64,000 nt of DNA from Mobula hypostoma. Lineage: Eukaryota. The stretch is from positions 248,498,001-248,562,000 of the forward strand of contig NC_086097.1 of assembly GCF_963921235.1 (NCBI RefSeq), written 5' to 3'. The notes under the pieces are model-generated. The model was not told where the DNA came from. It saw nothing but the letters and a program-made list of their open reading frames with translations, and did not search any database. Shown piece by piece: positions 27,246 through 40,471 of the stretch. The position numbers and the translations under genes were made by a program. How positions within the stretch are numbered: position 1 is the first letter of the stretch; every line of letters begins with the position of its first letter.

Positions 27246-28210
27246 TGGGAGGCTCGTTTATTACATCGCCACTACCTCGCAAGTGGTGCCGGAGGCGAGG
27301 GAGAAGGGCCGACACCCTGGTGAGGTTGAGACTGTGATAATTGGCTGCCACTCCCAAGCATACTCCTGGCTAACGTCCAGCCCCTGGACAACAAGCTGTG
27401 CGAACTGAGAGCCAGAATCTCCTCTAAGTGGGGAACAAAGGAATGTAACGTTTTGTGCTTCATGGAGAGCAGGTTGACAGAGGAGATACCGGACCATGCC
27501 ATCAAGCCCTCTGGGTTCCTGCTCCGGGCGGACAGGTGTAAGAACCTCTCTAGGTAGAGTAAAAGAGGTGGGGTGTGCTTCACGGTCAATAATGCTTGGT
27601 GTGACCCCCAGAATGTGCATGCCCTCAAATCCTTTTGTTCTCCGGATCTGGAGTACCTTGTGCTGCTTTGTAGACCTTTCTGGCTGCCTAGGGAGTTCAC
27701 ACTGTTATTATCATAAGCTGTGTATATTCCGCCACAGGCTGATACTGACCTGGCTCTCAAGGAACTGTACGAGACCATCAGCACCCTGGAGACTGTACAC
27801 CCAGAGGCTGCCTTCATTGTTGCCAAAGACTTTAATAGAGCGTCGCAGTCTAAAGTCTCTCCAGGTGAGCACACGGGGAGATAGCATTCTCAGCCACTGC
27901 TACTCTACCTTCCGCAATGCTTACAAAGTGCTCCTCCGTCCGCCGTTTGGGAAGTCGGATCACTCCTCCATCTTGCTTCTGCCAATGTACAGGCAGAAGC
28001 TGAAACAAGAGGCGGCCATAGTTAAAGCCGTCCACTGTTGGTCCGACCAGTCGGTCTCCATGATACAGGAATGCTTTGATGATATCAACTGGAACGTCTT
28101 TCATGATAAGGACGGCTCCAAGTTCACAGAAGGAGTCTCGAGCTTCATCTGAAAGTGCATCGTGGACATTATCCCCCAAAAATCAGTCAGAGTCTATCCA
28201 AACCAGAGCA
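27246..28210 (+). mobile_element. Rex1/Babar-like LINE, APE domain (5' part at ~24605-24817)
   Basis: PSILLANVQPLDNKLCEL, CRPFWLPREF, VYIPP and PFGKSDHSSILLLP motifs. Confidence 0.8.
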
Positions 28211-28825
28211 AGGAAAAGATTTTCAGATGGACAGACCAAAAGAGAACGCAAGAAGGTCTTGACACAAACAATACATTTCACTCTATGAAGCTAATTCTTT
28301 TTTAGGTCTAAGGCAGACTTGAAGTGAATGTAGATCGACAGAAGATGGCGTATTAATGATGAATGTTGGATTCTATTGTTTTAATGCAAGGTTCTTTCCG
28401 ATGTCAGGAAAAGGGCACAAAACTTGTTGCTTCTTGATTGTTTTGTTAAGTATTAATAGAACAAAGAGAAATTGAAACAACTGTGATAGATGTATACTAA
28501 GTGAAGGAAGAAACGAAGAGCAAATATGACGTGCTTTGTGATCAGCTATTTTATACCATAGGTAAGGAAAATTCCATGCAAACTTTTAGATAAGAGTCAA
28601 CCAATGAGATGGCTCTCATTCAAATAATGCAGCACCAAGAGCAGCTTCCAGAATCAAAGATCAAAGTACATTTATTATCTAAGTATGTATGCAGTATACA
28701 ACCCTGAGACTCGTCTTCTCCACAGACAGCCACAAAACAAAGAAAGTTTTTCTTAGCTTCTAGCCTGGTACGGGTACATTTCGATGACAAACTCTGCCAT
28801 CTTTATCAGGGATCATGCATAGGCA

Positions 28826-29895
28826 TCTTCTTCTTCTTCTTCGCCTTGTTTTACTGCGGTTGGCACCCAGCTTAATGGTGCATTACCGCCACCTTCTGCT
28901 CCGGAATGTGCAATAGCCTTACATTCTAAATCCCTTCACCTAATCACACACAAACACATACCCTAACCTACACTTTATCCTCCCATCTTTGACCATCCTA
29001 GTACCCTATTCCTGCTTATCCGTCATATCCTATAAAAAAAACCCTGTACCCCTTAAGAAAGCTAAAAATACCTTGACCTGTGCTCTCTCACCCATGCCCA
29101 GCAATCCTTTTAATGTGAATTCCTGCACCCCCAATTCCCTTAGATTAATTCTCATCATCTCTCTCTGTATCCCATACTTCCTGCAACTCAGAACTACATG
29201 TTCTACTGACTCCTCTTCCTGACATTCCTCACACAATCCTGTCTCTATCATTTTCAATGTTTTGTTTAATGCACAGTGCCCCAGCCTTAACCTAGTCCAC
29301 ACAGTTTCCTCTCTTCTGTATCCACCTACCCTAGTACCTGCAACATTCTTTTGTATTTGAATAAATGCCTCCCTTTCCCCTCCCTGTCCCATCTTTCTTG
29401 CCACATTTGGTTGATATTTTTCCCAGATTACACACTTAACCTCTGCTTTACTGATACTAATGTGCATTTCTATATTTTCTTTCTTTCATGCCCTCTTTGC
29501 CAACTCATCCACTCTCTCATTCCCCATGTGCTGGAACCCATAGAAATTTTACTTGACCTCCCTGATTTGCAATTCTTGTGACTGACTAAAGGACTTCATA
29601 AAGTACATCTTACCGACTGTTTGAGTGAGAAGACCTTAAACTTGCTGGAACTGAGGATGAATCTGAGCATATCAACACTTTGACTTCTCTAGCTTTCTCC
29701 ACCCATTGCAACGCAACAAACACCGCCAGCATCTCCACTAACTTATTAGGTGTTCTTCTGCTGATTCCAATTTCTTTTGCTGGTATAGCTACCCTAAACA
29801 CTGTCACTCCTGTTTCAGGTTCCTTAGCATCATCTGTATAAATCTGAGTATAATCACTATACTTTTCCATCACATGACAGTTAAATGCACTTACC
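28826..29895 (-). mobile_element. RNase H-containing LINE of the I/Nimb group, 3' part
   Basis: RNase H motifs IYTDDAK and ICSDS. C-terminal TRLRLGH...CEECQEEESVEHVVLSC zinc knuckle and a (GAA)n tail. Confidence 0.8.
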
Positions 29896-29904
29896 AAATA
29901 TTTA

Positions 29905-30225
29905 TATTTTCCTTTCCGGCACTTATCCTTGTAAGTGGAACAAGTGCTACACATGCCCTTACACTTCCTCCCTCACTACCATTCAGGGCCCCAGACAGTC
30001 CTTCCAGGTGAGGCGACACTTCACCTGTGAGTCGGCTGGAGTGATATACTGCGTCCGGTGCTCCCAATGTGGCCTTCTATATATTGGCGTGACCCAACGC
30101 AGACTGGGAGATCGTTTTGCTGAATACCTACGCTCTGTCTGCCAGAGAAAGCAGGATCTCCCAGTGGTCACACATTTTAATTCCATGTCTCATTCCCATT
30201 CTGATATGTCTATCCACGACCTCCT
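29905..30225 (+). mobile_element. Penelope-like GIY-YIG endonuclease fragment
   Basis: FTCESAGVIYCVRCSQCGLLYIGVTQRRLGDRFAEYLRSV. Confidence 0.9.
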
Positions 30226-30239
30226 GTACTTGTCCAACA

Positions 30240-31596
30240 CATTTTCCGTCTTCATGGGAATCCCTCTGACATTGTTTCTGACCGAGGATCCCAATTCATC
30301 TCTCAAGTCTGGATATCCTTCTGTCAAGCCCTCGGAGCTTCAGTAAGTCTGTCTCCTGCTTTCCATCCACAGACTAACGGTCAAATGAAGTGAGCAAATC
30401 AGGACCTGGAAGTAGCACTGCGCTGCATATCCGCCAGCAACCCGTCATCCTGGAGCACCCATCTCACTTGGGTGGAGTATGCCCACAACTCCGTGGTCAG
30501 CGATGCCACTGGAATGTCTCCTTTTGAATGCTCCCTCAGCTATCAGCCCCCTCTGTTTCCTGCCCATGAAGATGACATCGCCGTGCTTTCAGTCCAGGCC
30601 CATCTCCACCAGTGCCGCAAGGTCTGGAAGGATGCACGCTCGGCTCCGCTGACCACAACCGGAAGATCGCCGATCGCCATTGAATTCTAGCGCCCAACTA
30701 TTGGCCTGGTCAGAAGGTTTGGCTCTCTTCAAGAGACATTCCCCTCAAGAATGAATCCAAGAAACTCGCCCCTCATTACATCAGACCATTAGAAATCGAG
30801 AGCCTCGTCAACCCCTCGGTGGTCAAACTCAAACTGCCCAGACCCATGCACATTCATCCCACGTTCCACATCTCCCAACTAAAACCCATTTCTGTCAGCC
30901 CTTTGTGCCCTCCTGCTGAACCTCCTCCACCTGCCTGGGTCATCGATGACTACCCAGCTTACACCATCCGGCGAATTCTGGATGTACGCCGCCGAGGCTC
31001 CATTACCTGGTCGATTGGGAGGGATATGGTCCTGAGGAGTACACCTGGATTCCCCGCTCCTTCATCTTGGACCCTTCCCTTATCCGGGATTTCCATCATG
31101 ACAATCTGGACAAGCCTGATGGTTTGCCTGGAGGCTCCCATTGGGGCAGGTACTGTCACAGTCCTGACCGTTAATTCCCTTTGATTGTGTCACAGTTATG
31201 ACCGCTAATTTCCCATTTTCTCCTTTGATAGCGGCACACCTGGTTCTCATCAAGACCTGCTGCAAAAAAACCTTGGCTTTGCATCCAGTCGTTGCCAGAT
31301 TGTTGTTTTAGCCAGTGTGGTAATTAACGTTCCCGGCCACTTAGGATTGTATGTTCTAAGTTTTACTTCAGTACCGAGGTTTACCTGTGTAACTCCATCT
31401 CTCCGTGTCAAGAAAAGTATTGTCTACCGCTTGCCTTTCTACGCTCTGTGTCAAGATAAGTTCTGCCTGCCTCCTGCTTTCCTGTTCAGCCTCCTGTTTG
31501 CCGTTCAGCTCCAGCCACTCTCACACCCTTGCCTGCATCCTAACTCAATCTCTGTGCCAGTGTCCTGCTTTTGGGTTCGCCCTGTTATTTGCAACA
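30240..31596 (+). mobile_element. Gypsy (chromovirus/sushi-like) integrase-chromodomain relic plus 3' LTR
   Basis: [27 protein letters not shown] and chromodomain [13 protein letters not shown]...[12 protein letters not shown] motifs. Purine tract then LTR TGTCACA (31154) to GCAACA (31596). Confidence 0.85.
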
Positions 31597-32239
31597 GTCT
31601 CTAGAGCCCCGAGATCCTAGGCCTCCAAAGCTGAGCCGAACTCTTAGGCCGAGCCCTTGGCATACTAAACAGTGGCCAGTTATGAAACCCTGAGAGCGGG
31701 TTCCATTCCTGCTAAGAACTGTAGTCAGCGTATAACTCCATGTCAGGGTCTTCAAATGAACCCTGAAAGGGAAAAATAAAGCTATTGAAGATGGAAATAG
31801 AGCTGTTTCTGAAGATGCAAGCAAAGAAATTGCTGTTTACTGCCATCATTACTTCGCTCCGCCTCCATGTAGTTAAACATGTAGTGCAAAATTAGAAATT
31901 AAGAGTTGCGAGATAGTGTTCATGGGTTCAACGTCCATTCAGAAGTTGGATGACGGAGGGGAAGAAACTGCTCCTGAATCACTGAGTGTGTGCCTTCAGG
32001 CGACTGTATCTCCTCCCTGACTGCAGCAAAGAGAACAAGGTTGATGGGGGTCCTTAATGTTGGACACCATACTTTGGAGGCTTCGCTCCTTGCAGATGTC
32101 ATGGATACTATGGAAGCTGGTGCTGGTGATGGTGCTGGCTGTCTGCAGCTTACTTCGATCCTGTGCAGTAGCCAGCACCATACCAGACGGTGATGCAGCC
32201 AGTCAAGATGCTCTCCAAGGTATATATGTAGAAATTTCC

Positions 32240-32960
32240 AAGTTAACGTTCCTTTCACACTCAGCTTATGTCTCCCTGGCCCCATGAGCACTTTCTTTGT
32301 TGAGTTTAGCATAATGTCTGTTTTATTCACCAGCTTTATGAACAGTCATTTGTGAATGGCTGTGACATATGCCCCAGTGTCCATTTTGAATATAACTGCT
32401 TCATCTTGCAACTGAACTGTACTACACTAACCTTGTCTATTTGAATCTAAAGCCCCACAGAAAGCTGTCCCTTTGTCTGAATCATGGTCTTCTTTGACCT
32501 CCTAAAGAACTGTTTTTAAGTGACTCTGGCTTTTATAACGGCCAACTCTATTGCATTGGTGGCATTTCACTTATTTTGCTGCACAGAGCTCTCTGACGTA
32601 GAATGGAGACGTGCTCAATCTCCTACTGGTGGCCATTTTACTTGTTCTTTGTTTCGCTGTTCTGTTTCATTTGAGCTGAGCTTTACTGACTGCATCTTGT
32701 TTCCTCTCATTAAACATATCTTACTTTCCCGTGAAATACTCTTTGAATTTGTCCTGGACTGTCATGTACTCCTTTTCCAGAGCATCTGTCAGTCCTATCC
32801 ACCCATGATGTCATCTGCTTTGTACCCCATGCAGTATATCAGTGTACTTACTTGATGCTCTTCTGAATCCTGAGTGAGATTGCTCGCAACCCTAAATCTC
32901 TCAAAGCATCAGAGCCATCTCTCAAATTCCCCTGGGTTAGAAAAATCAAATATCTGGGAG
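32240..32960 (-). mobile_element. Gypsy gag-protease relic
   Basis: Minus strand: FERFRVASNL, QVSTLIYCMGYKADDI (gag), CHQCNRVG (degenerate zinc knuckle) and FKMDTGAYVTAI (aspartic protease). Confidence 0.8.
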
Positions 32961-33835
32961 GACTTTAGTAGGTAAATAGATATAGGTATTGCAGGTATTT
33001 GTTCCATTTTCCTGTTTGTTTGTCTACTTATTATTTCATTTATTTGAATTACAAAAGTCTTCTCTCCCTGAAAGTTTGACTGACTTCTCTGCTGTGTCTG
33101 TGTCTCTCTGCACTTCCCCAGGTTAGTTGCCTACAGATTATTAAAATGTAGCCACTTTTGGGTGCAGCCTGCAGGTGTTGCTTGGCAACCCAAGGCAGGT
33201 CTCAGCTGAACCTCATAGCAACTAGCACAGGCAGTCCAGATTGACGAGTCTGGCTGGTTAATCTGTTATGTACCTTACAATACTTCATTTTTACACTTTA
33301 ATTTATTTATGTGTAATTTATCTGCAGATTTTATCCTTACTTTCATACATTATCGTGTGATATATGTGTGTTATGTGTACTACTGTGCTTTACATCCCGG
33401 TCCGGAGAAATGCTGTCTTGTTTCACGGTATACATGTATATAGTCAAATGACAATAAACTTGACTTTACTTGAATTCCCTGGACATTTCCCACAGATATA
33501 AGCAAACAAGAACAGACTTACTGCAAATTATTCCTTGTTTGTTTTCTCACTTGGTCTGTAGCTCAAGTTCATCGACGATCAACTACTTCTGACATCATGT
33601 TGTATTCAATATTGAGGAAGAGGGCAGAGAGACACCCGGACACCAGCCTTGCAGGCTACTCAACTGAACTATATTACGAACCTTGCTTATACAATATGTG
33701 AATTCCTCCCGTGTGGGAGTGGCTGAATGGCATTGGATTAACCCATTAACTACCACAACAATGTATATGCAGTGAGATATGAATCCAAGAGATGGAAGCA
33801 ATAGTTTAATTGACTGAGACTGTTTACTTGAATAT

Positions 33836-34410
33836 AAGACCATAAGATATAGCAGCTGAATTAGGCCATTTGGCCCATAGAGTCTGCTTTGCAATTTTAT
33901 TATTGCTGATCCATTTTTCCACTCAGCCCCAATCTCCTGCCTTCTCTCCGTATCTCTTCATACCCTGACCAATCAAGAATCTATCAACTTCTACTTTAAA
34001 TATACATTAAAACTTGGTGTCCACGGCTGCCTGTGGCAAAGAATTCCACAGATTCACCACTCTCCGGCTAAAGAGATTCCTTCTCATCGCCAATCTAAAA
34101 GGATGCCCCTCTATTCCGAGGCTTTGTCCTCTGGTCTTAGACTCTCCCACCACAGGAAAAGTCCACCTTGTCAAGGCTTTTCAACATTCAATAGGTTTCA
34201 TTGAAGTTACCTCTCATTCTTCTGAATTCTAGTGAACACAAGCCAGAGCACCAAATGCTCTTCATGACAAGCAGTTCAAACTTGGAATCATTTTAGTGAA
34301 CCTCCTTTGAACCCTCTCCAGTTTCAGCACATCCTTTCTAAGATAGGACTGCCCAAGACTGCTCACAATACTTCAAGTGAGACCTCACCAGTGCTTATTA
34401 AAGTTTCAAC
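33836..34410 (-). mobile_element. CR1 3' fragment
   Basis: aagaccataagatatag tail and typical CR1 3' sequence. Confidence 0.8.
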
Positions 34411-36532
34411 AATAGCAAAATATCAGTAAATATATAATAAATACAAAATGATTCTCACAAAATGCTGGAGGAACTTTGCGGGCAAGGTAGCATTTATGGA
34501 AATGAATGAACAGTTCAGCCGGGACACTTCATCAGGAATAGCTTCTTCCCCACTGCCATCAGATTTCTGAGTGGATAATAAACCCATGTTCAAAACCTCA
34601 CCATTCTTTTCTCTTTCTTTACTCTCTTTTTGTTCTACTTTCCTCAGGACCCACACACACAAAATGCTGGAGGAACTCAGCAGATCAGGCGGCATCTATG
34701 GAGAGGAATAAACAGTCAACATTTCAGGCTGAGACCCTTCTTTAGGACTGGATCAACTGGGAAAGTACACCAAGAAACGGCAGATGGAAGTGTCTTGGAC
34801 CGTAAACCACAGTTAAATGGAAGATCAGACAATGCTGATTAAATCCATTATTTGGGTGACTGTCGTGTGGGTGCAAAGAGGGATGTGTGAGGGTGGTATG
34901 TCATTCAAAGAAAGAATTGCAAATATAGAACTGTCCTTTGATCTTTAGTATATAAAATCTCATGTAATGTTGAGCTAGGCAGACATCTTGCTCCAAAAGG
35001 CTGTCAGTTCATTTGTAAGTCAGTGTATCATATAAAACGATTACTTTTCATATCTACCAATTGTGCCTCTCCAGTAACTTAATTCATATGACTGCAGACC
35101 AGTTCTGTGCTGTATCTCAATAAATAAATCAATCGATCTGTCAGAACTCATCAGGCCAGGCACCATCTGTGGGAGGACCCCTTCTCCACTTTATACCAGT
35201 CGTCACACCTCTCTACTCTCAGTCCCGATGCCTGGTTTCAACCCGATGCATCGACAATTCCTTCCCTCCCACACATACCGTCCTTCCATTACGGAGACAT
35301 TGCTATCTTTGCCCCTCTTGTGTCGCGGAAATTCTCCCCTGTATTACTTTAACAGAGAACCACAATTAAATGCTTGTTAACTGGGACTGAACTGTTCATT
35401 ATTGTTGTTATAACAATTGTTTCCCCAGAACGACACAAAATACTAATATTCCTAATTTATGCACATTATTTGTTTTATTCTAAAATGTAACATAGAGAAC
35501 TGCAATTACATACTTTATGAAGTATTTTATAATTGCAGTCATCACAACATTGCAGGAAACACTTGTAAAAGGTTTTCACCCAACATAACCACTTAGTTTT
35601 GCACAAAGAGTTAACGCCCTATTCTTTGAAATGACACTACATAACTTGTTTGTTGGGCCCAGTTTAAGTTTGGATTGAGAGGAATCTCTCATTGTTCACC
35701 ACTCCCTCATTGCTGCTCTCAGCATAGACTTCTGAGCTGATGTATATGGAGTGAGATATGAATCCAAAAGATGGAAGCAAGAGTTAAATTGACTGAGACT
35801 GTTTCCTTGAATATTACAATAAAAACAAAATGACACACACAAAATGCTGGAGAACTCAGCAGGTCAGGAAGCACCTATGGAAATGGAAAACAGTCTGCAT
35901 TTTGGCCAGGACCCTTCATCAGGAATAGCTTCTTCTCCATCGCCATCAAGTTTCTAAACGGACAATGAACCCATGTTCAAAACTTCACTATTCTTTCCTC
36001 TTTCTTTGCTCTACTTACCTTAGGACCAACAAATAGAAAGGACCTATGGGAGTGAATAAACAGTCGTATGGGCTGAGAAGTCCTGAAGTAGACTCTTGGC
36101 CTGAAATGTGAACTATTTATTCCTCTCCATAGATGCTGCCTGACCCGCTGAGTTCCTCCAGCATGTTCTGTGTGTTGTACTGGATTTTCAGCATCTGCAG
36201 GATCTATAATGTTTATATACTAGAAATACTCAGCAGTCAGGCTGAGTGTTGTATTGAACTGCTGCTGCTAAGTTAACAAATTTCACATCGCATGCCGGTG
36301 ATAATAAACCTGATTCTGTGCAGCAGAATTCATATTATTTAGTACTTTAACAATCATAGGCTCTGTAGCAAGACTGGATTGTGAATCCTGGCTTACATTT
36401 CCAATGGTTCACAGTCCAGGTAACATCTACAATGTACTGAAGATTAGCGTTGTATTCATTAAATCAGTATGTAGTACGTCATCATAATATGAATATCACC
36501 AATCTTCCAACATTTCTCAGTGACCTCATTAT

Positions 36533-39000
36533 CATAGAAACACAGAAAACCTATAGCACAATACAGGCCTTCGGCCCACAGTTGTGCCGAACATATCCCT
36601 ACCTTAGAAATTACCAAGGTTACCAAGGTTAATCATAGCCCTCTATTTTCTAAGCTCCATGTACCTATCCAAAAGTCTCTTAAAAGACCTTATCACATCC
36701 GCCTCCACCACTGTTGCCGGCAGCCCATTCCATGCACTCTCCACTCTCTGCATAAAAATCTTACCCAACATCTCCTCTGTACCTACGCCCAAGCACTTTA
36801 AACCTGTTCCCTCTTGTGGCAGCCATTTCAGCCCTGGGAAAAAGCCTCTGACTATCCACACGATCAGTGCCTCTCATCATCTTATACACCTGTATCAAGT
36901 CACCTCTCATCCTCCGTTGCTCCAAGGAGAAAAGACCGAGTTCACTCAACCTATCCTCATAAGGCATGCTCCCCAAACCAGGAAACATCCTTGTAAATCT
37001 CCTCTGCACCCTTTCTATGGTTTCCACATCCTTCCTGTAGTGAGGCGACCAGAACTGAGAACTGAGTACTCCAAGTGGGGTCTGACCAGGGTCCTATATA
37101 GCTGCAACATTACCTCTCTGGTCCTAAATTCAAATCCACGATTGATAAAGGCCAATACACCATACGCCTTCTTAACCACAGAAGTCAACCTGCGCAGCTG
37201 CTTTGAGCGTCCTATGGACTCGGACCCCAAGATCCCTCTGATCCTCCACACTGCCAAGAGTCTTACCATTAATACTATATTCTGCCATCATATTTGACCA
37301 AAATGAACCACCTCACATTTATCTGGGTTGAACTCCATCTGCCACCTCTCAGCCCAGTTTTGCATCCTATCAATATCCCGCTGTAACCTCTGAGAGCCCT
37401 CCACACTATCCACAACACCCCCAACCTTTGTGTCATCAGCAAACTTACTAACCCATCCCTCCACTTCCTCATCGAGGTCATTATAAAAATCACAAAGAGT
37501 AAGGGTCCCAGAACAGATCCCTGAGGCACACCACTAGTCACCGACCTCCATGCAGAATACCTCTGCCTTCTGTGGGCAAGCCAGTTCTAGATCCACAAAG
37601 CAATGTCCCCTTGGATCCCATGCTCCTTACTTTCTCAATAAGTCTTGCATGGGGTACCTTATCAAATGCCTTGCTGAAATCCATATACATTACATCTACC
37701 GCTTTCCTTCATCAATGTGTTTAGTCATTGGTGTATGGGATGTCAGGGAGGGCTAGCACCTCTGGTGGGGGAGCATGTCATGTCCTTTTCTAGGTGGTTA
37801 GTCCACCTTTGGTCCCCACCTGGCACTCAGCTCTCACCTGTGGCTGCCCGTAGCTGTTTGCATGCGACAGTGGCCACACCCCGGGCAACGGCTTCGACAA
37901 GCCGGCTAAACCAGGTGAGGGTAGCCAACGGGTCTCAAACCCTCGGTGAGATAGGGAGTTGTCTATCCCAGCATGTGAAGACAGACTCTGGCAGATTGAG
38001 TGGACGAGACCTATGGAAGGTCCAACGGTCAAGAAGGCGGTCTCTGCAAGCGTCGTGGAACGTGTAGAGCAGGACAAGACACAGAAGACGTCCTGGTCAT
38101 CCACTGCGCCTGGTCCCATCTCCAGCCGTCTCGACTCAGTCTTGCCACTGGATCCAGATGGGAATTGGGAAGAGAGAGTGAGGCTGACGCTGTGCAACTC
38201 TCCCTCACTTAAATCCAAATCATGCGCTAGTCTCGACACCATCAATGATATTGAGGTCTTCATCAATGACGGCGATGGACCAACATGGATAGTCACATCT
38301 TCAAAAAATTCAATCAGGCTCATAAGGCACGACCTGCCCTTGACAAAGCCAAGCTGACTATTCCTAATCATATTATACCTCTCCAAATGTTCATAAGTCC
38401 TGCCTTTCAGAATCTTCTCTATCAACTTACCAACCACTGAAGTAAGACTCACTGGTCTATAATTTCCTGGGCTATCTCTACTCCCTTTCTTGAATAAGAG
38501 AACAACATCCGCAACCCTCCAATCCTCCAGAACCTCTCCCATCCCCATTGATGATGCAAAGATCATCGCCAGAGGATCAGCAATCTCCTCCCTCGCCTCC
38601 TACAGTAGCCTGGGGTACATGTCATCCGGTACCGCTGACTTATTCAACTTGATGCTTTCCAAAAGCTCTAGCACATCCTTTTTCTTAATAGCTACATACT
38701 CAAGCTTTTCGGTCCGCTGCAAGTCATCACTACAATCACCAAGATCCTTTTCCATAGTGAATACTGAAGTATAGTATTCATTAAGTACCCCTGCTCTTTC
38801 CTCTGGTTCCATACACACTTTCCCACTGTGACACTTGATAGGTCCTATTCTTTCATGTCTTATCCTCTTGCTCTTCACACACTTGTAGAATGCCTTGGGA
38901 TTTTCCTTAATCCTGCCCGCCAAGGCCTTCTCATGGCCCCTTCTGGCTCTCCTAATTTCCTTCTTAAACTCCTTCCTGTTAGCCTTATAATCTTCTAGAT
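36533..39000 (-). mobile_element. CR1 LINE RT region, interrupted by an RTE-derived insertion
   Basis: KENPKAFYKCVKSKR, EDWRVADVVLLFKKG, GVPQGSVLGP and RPHLEY motifs, collinear. Confidence 0.92.
37728..38289 (+). mobile_element. Bipartite non-autonomous RTE-derived element
   Basis: 6-bp TSD TAGTCA (37722-37727 and 38290-38295). Head is homologous to 61150-61260 plus 59900-60200. 3' end gtcttcatc...gatggaccaaca resembles the RTE 3' end at ~56735-56768. Confidence 0.8.
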
Positions 39001-39057
39001 CTGAACAAATGGAACAAGCTACTGGAAGAAGTGCTGACACAGATGCAATGGTATCTT

Positions 39058-39887
39058 ATAGAACTTATAGAATAGTGCAGCACATTACAGGCCCTTCGGC
39101 CCACAATGTTGTGCTGACCCTCAAACCCTGCCTCCCATATAACCCCCCACCTTAAATTCCTCCATATACCTGTCAAGTAGTCTCTTAAACTTCACTAGTG
39201 TATCTGCCTCCACCACTGACTCAGGCAGTGCATTCCACGCACCAACACTCTCTGAGTTAAAAACCTTCCTCTTATATCCCCCTTGAACTTCCCACCCCTT
39301 ACCTTACAGCCATGTCCTCTTGTATTGAGCAGTGGTGCCCTGGGGAAGAGGCGCTGGCTATCCACTCTATCTATTCCTCTTATCATCTTGTACACCTCTA
39401 TCATGTCTCCTCTCATCCTCCTTCTCTCCGAGTAAAGCCCTAGCTCCCTTATTCTCAGATCATAATCCATACTCTCTAAACCAGGCAGCATCCTGGTAAA
39501 TCTCCTCTGTACCCTTTCCAATGCTTCCACATCCTTCCTATAGTGAGGCAACCAGAACTGGACACAGTACTCCAAGTGTGGCCTAACCAAAGTTTTATAG
39601 AGCTGCATCATTACATTGCGACTCTTAAACTCTGTCCCTTGACTTATGAAAGCTAACACCCCATAAGCTTTCTTAACTACCCTATCTACCTGTGAGGCAA
39701 CTTTCAGGGATCTGTGGACATGTACCCCCAGATCCCTCTGCTCCTCCACTACCAAGTATCCTGCCATTTACTTTGTACTCTGCCTTGGAGTTTGTCCTTC
39801 CAAAGTGTACCACCTCACACTTCTCCAGGTTGAAGTCCATCTGCCACTTCTCAGCCCACTTCTGCATCCAATCAATGTCTCTCTGCA
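39058..39887 (-). mobile_element. CR1 3' fragment
   Basis: 190-aa ORF with RPHLEYCVQFWLPHYRKD. Confidence 0.9.
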
Positions 39888-40471
39888 TTTAAGAAACACT
39901 TGGTTAGGTACGTGGAGAGCTGAGTCTTGGAGGCAAAGTTGGAACAAACAGACAAAATTGTGATCAGCTGGGTGGGCACCATGGTCAGTGTGGGCTGGAT
40001 GGGTCGAATGGCGTATTTCAGTACAGTATGCTGAATGTCCCGAATCAATGATGCTGGAAACCTAAAGTGAACAGAGAACTAAGCAGCAGCGTACAGGAAG
40101 TGCTGGAGGAACAGTGGACATTTCCGGTTGAGAGCGCTGTTGGAGGGTCCTGCTTCCAAATGCCGACTGTTCATTTCCCTCCATAGACAGTCATAGAAAA
40201 GTACAGCAGAGAAACAGCCCTTCCAGTCCATGCCAAAACCATTTAAACTGCCCAAACACATTGAGCTGCACCAGGACCATCGTTCTCCCATCCATGTACA
40301 TATCCAAACATCTCTGAAAGGATGAAATCGAGCTGGCATGCACCACTTCTGCTGGCAGTTCGTTCCACACTCTCACCTGGTTCTCCAAACAGTGAACCCA
40401 TCTCTTTTCATCCATCCACCTTATTATTTTTGTTCCTCACCTGTTCCTATCTCACAGCTGCCACTCTCGGC

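Noticed and set aside
28308..28561. Segment bounded by ttttttag and ATAG|GTAAGG, a possible exon
   Set aside because: No sustained reading frame and no partner exon could be supported. At most a non-coding exon.
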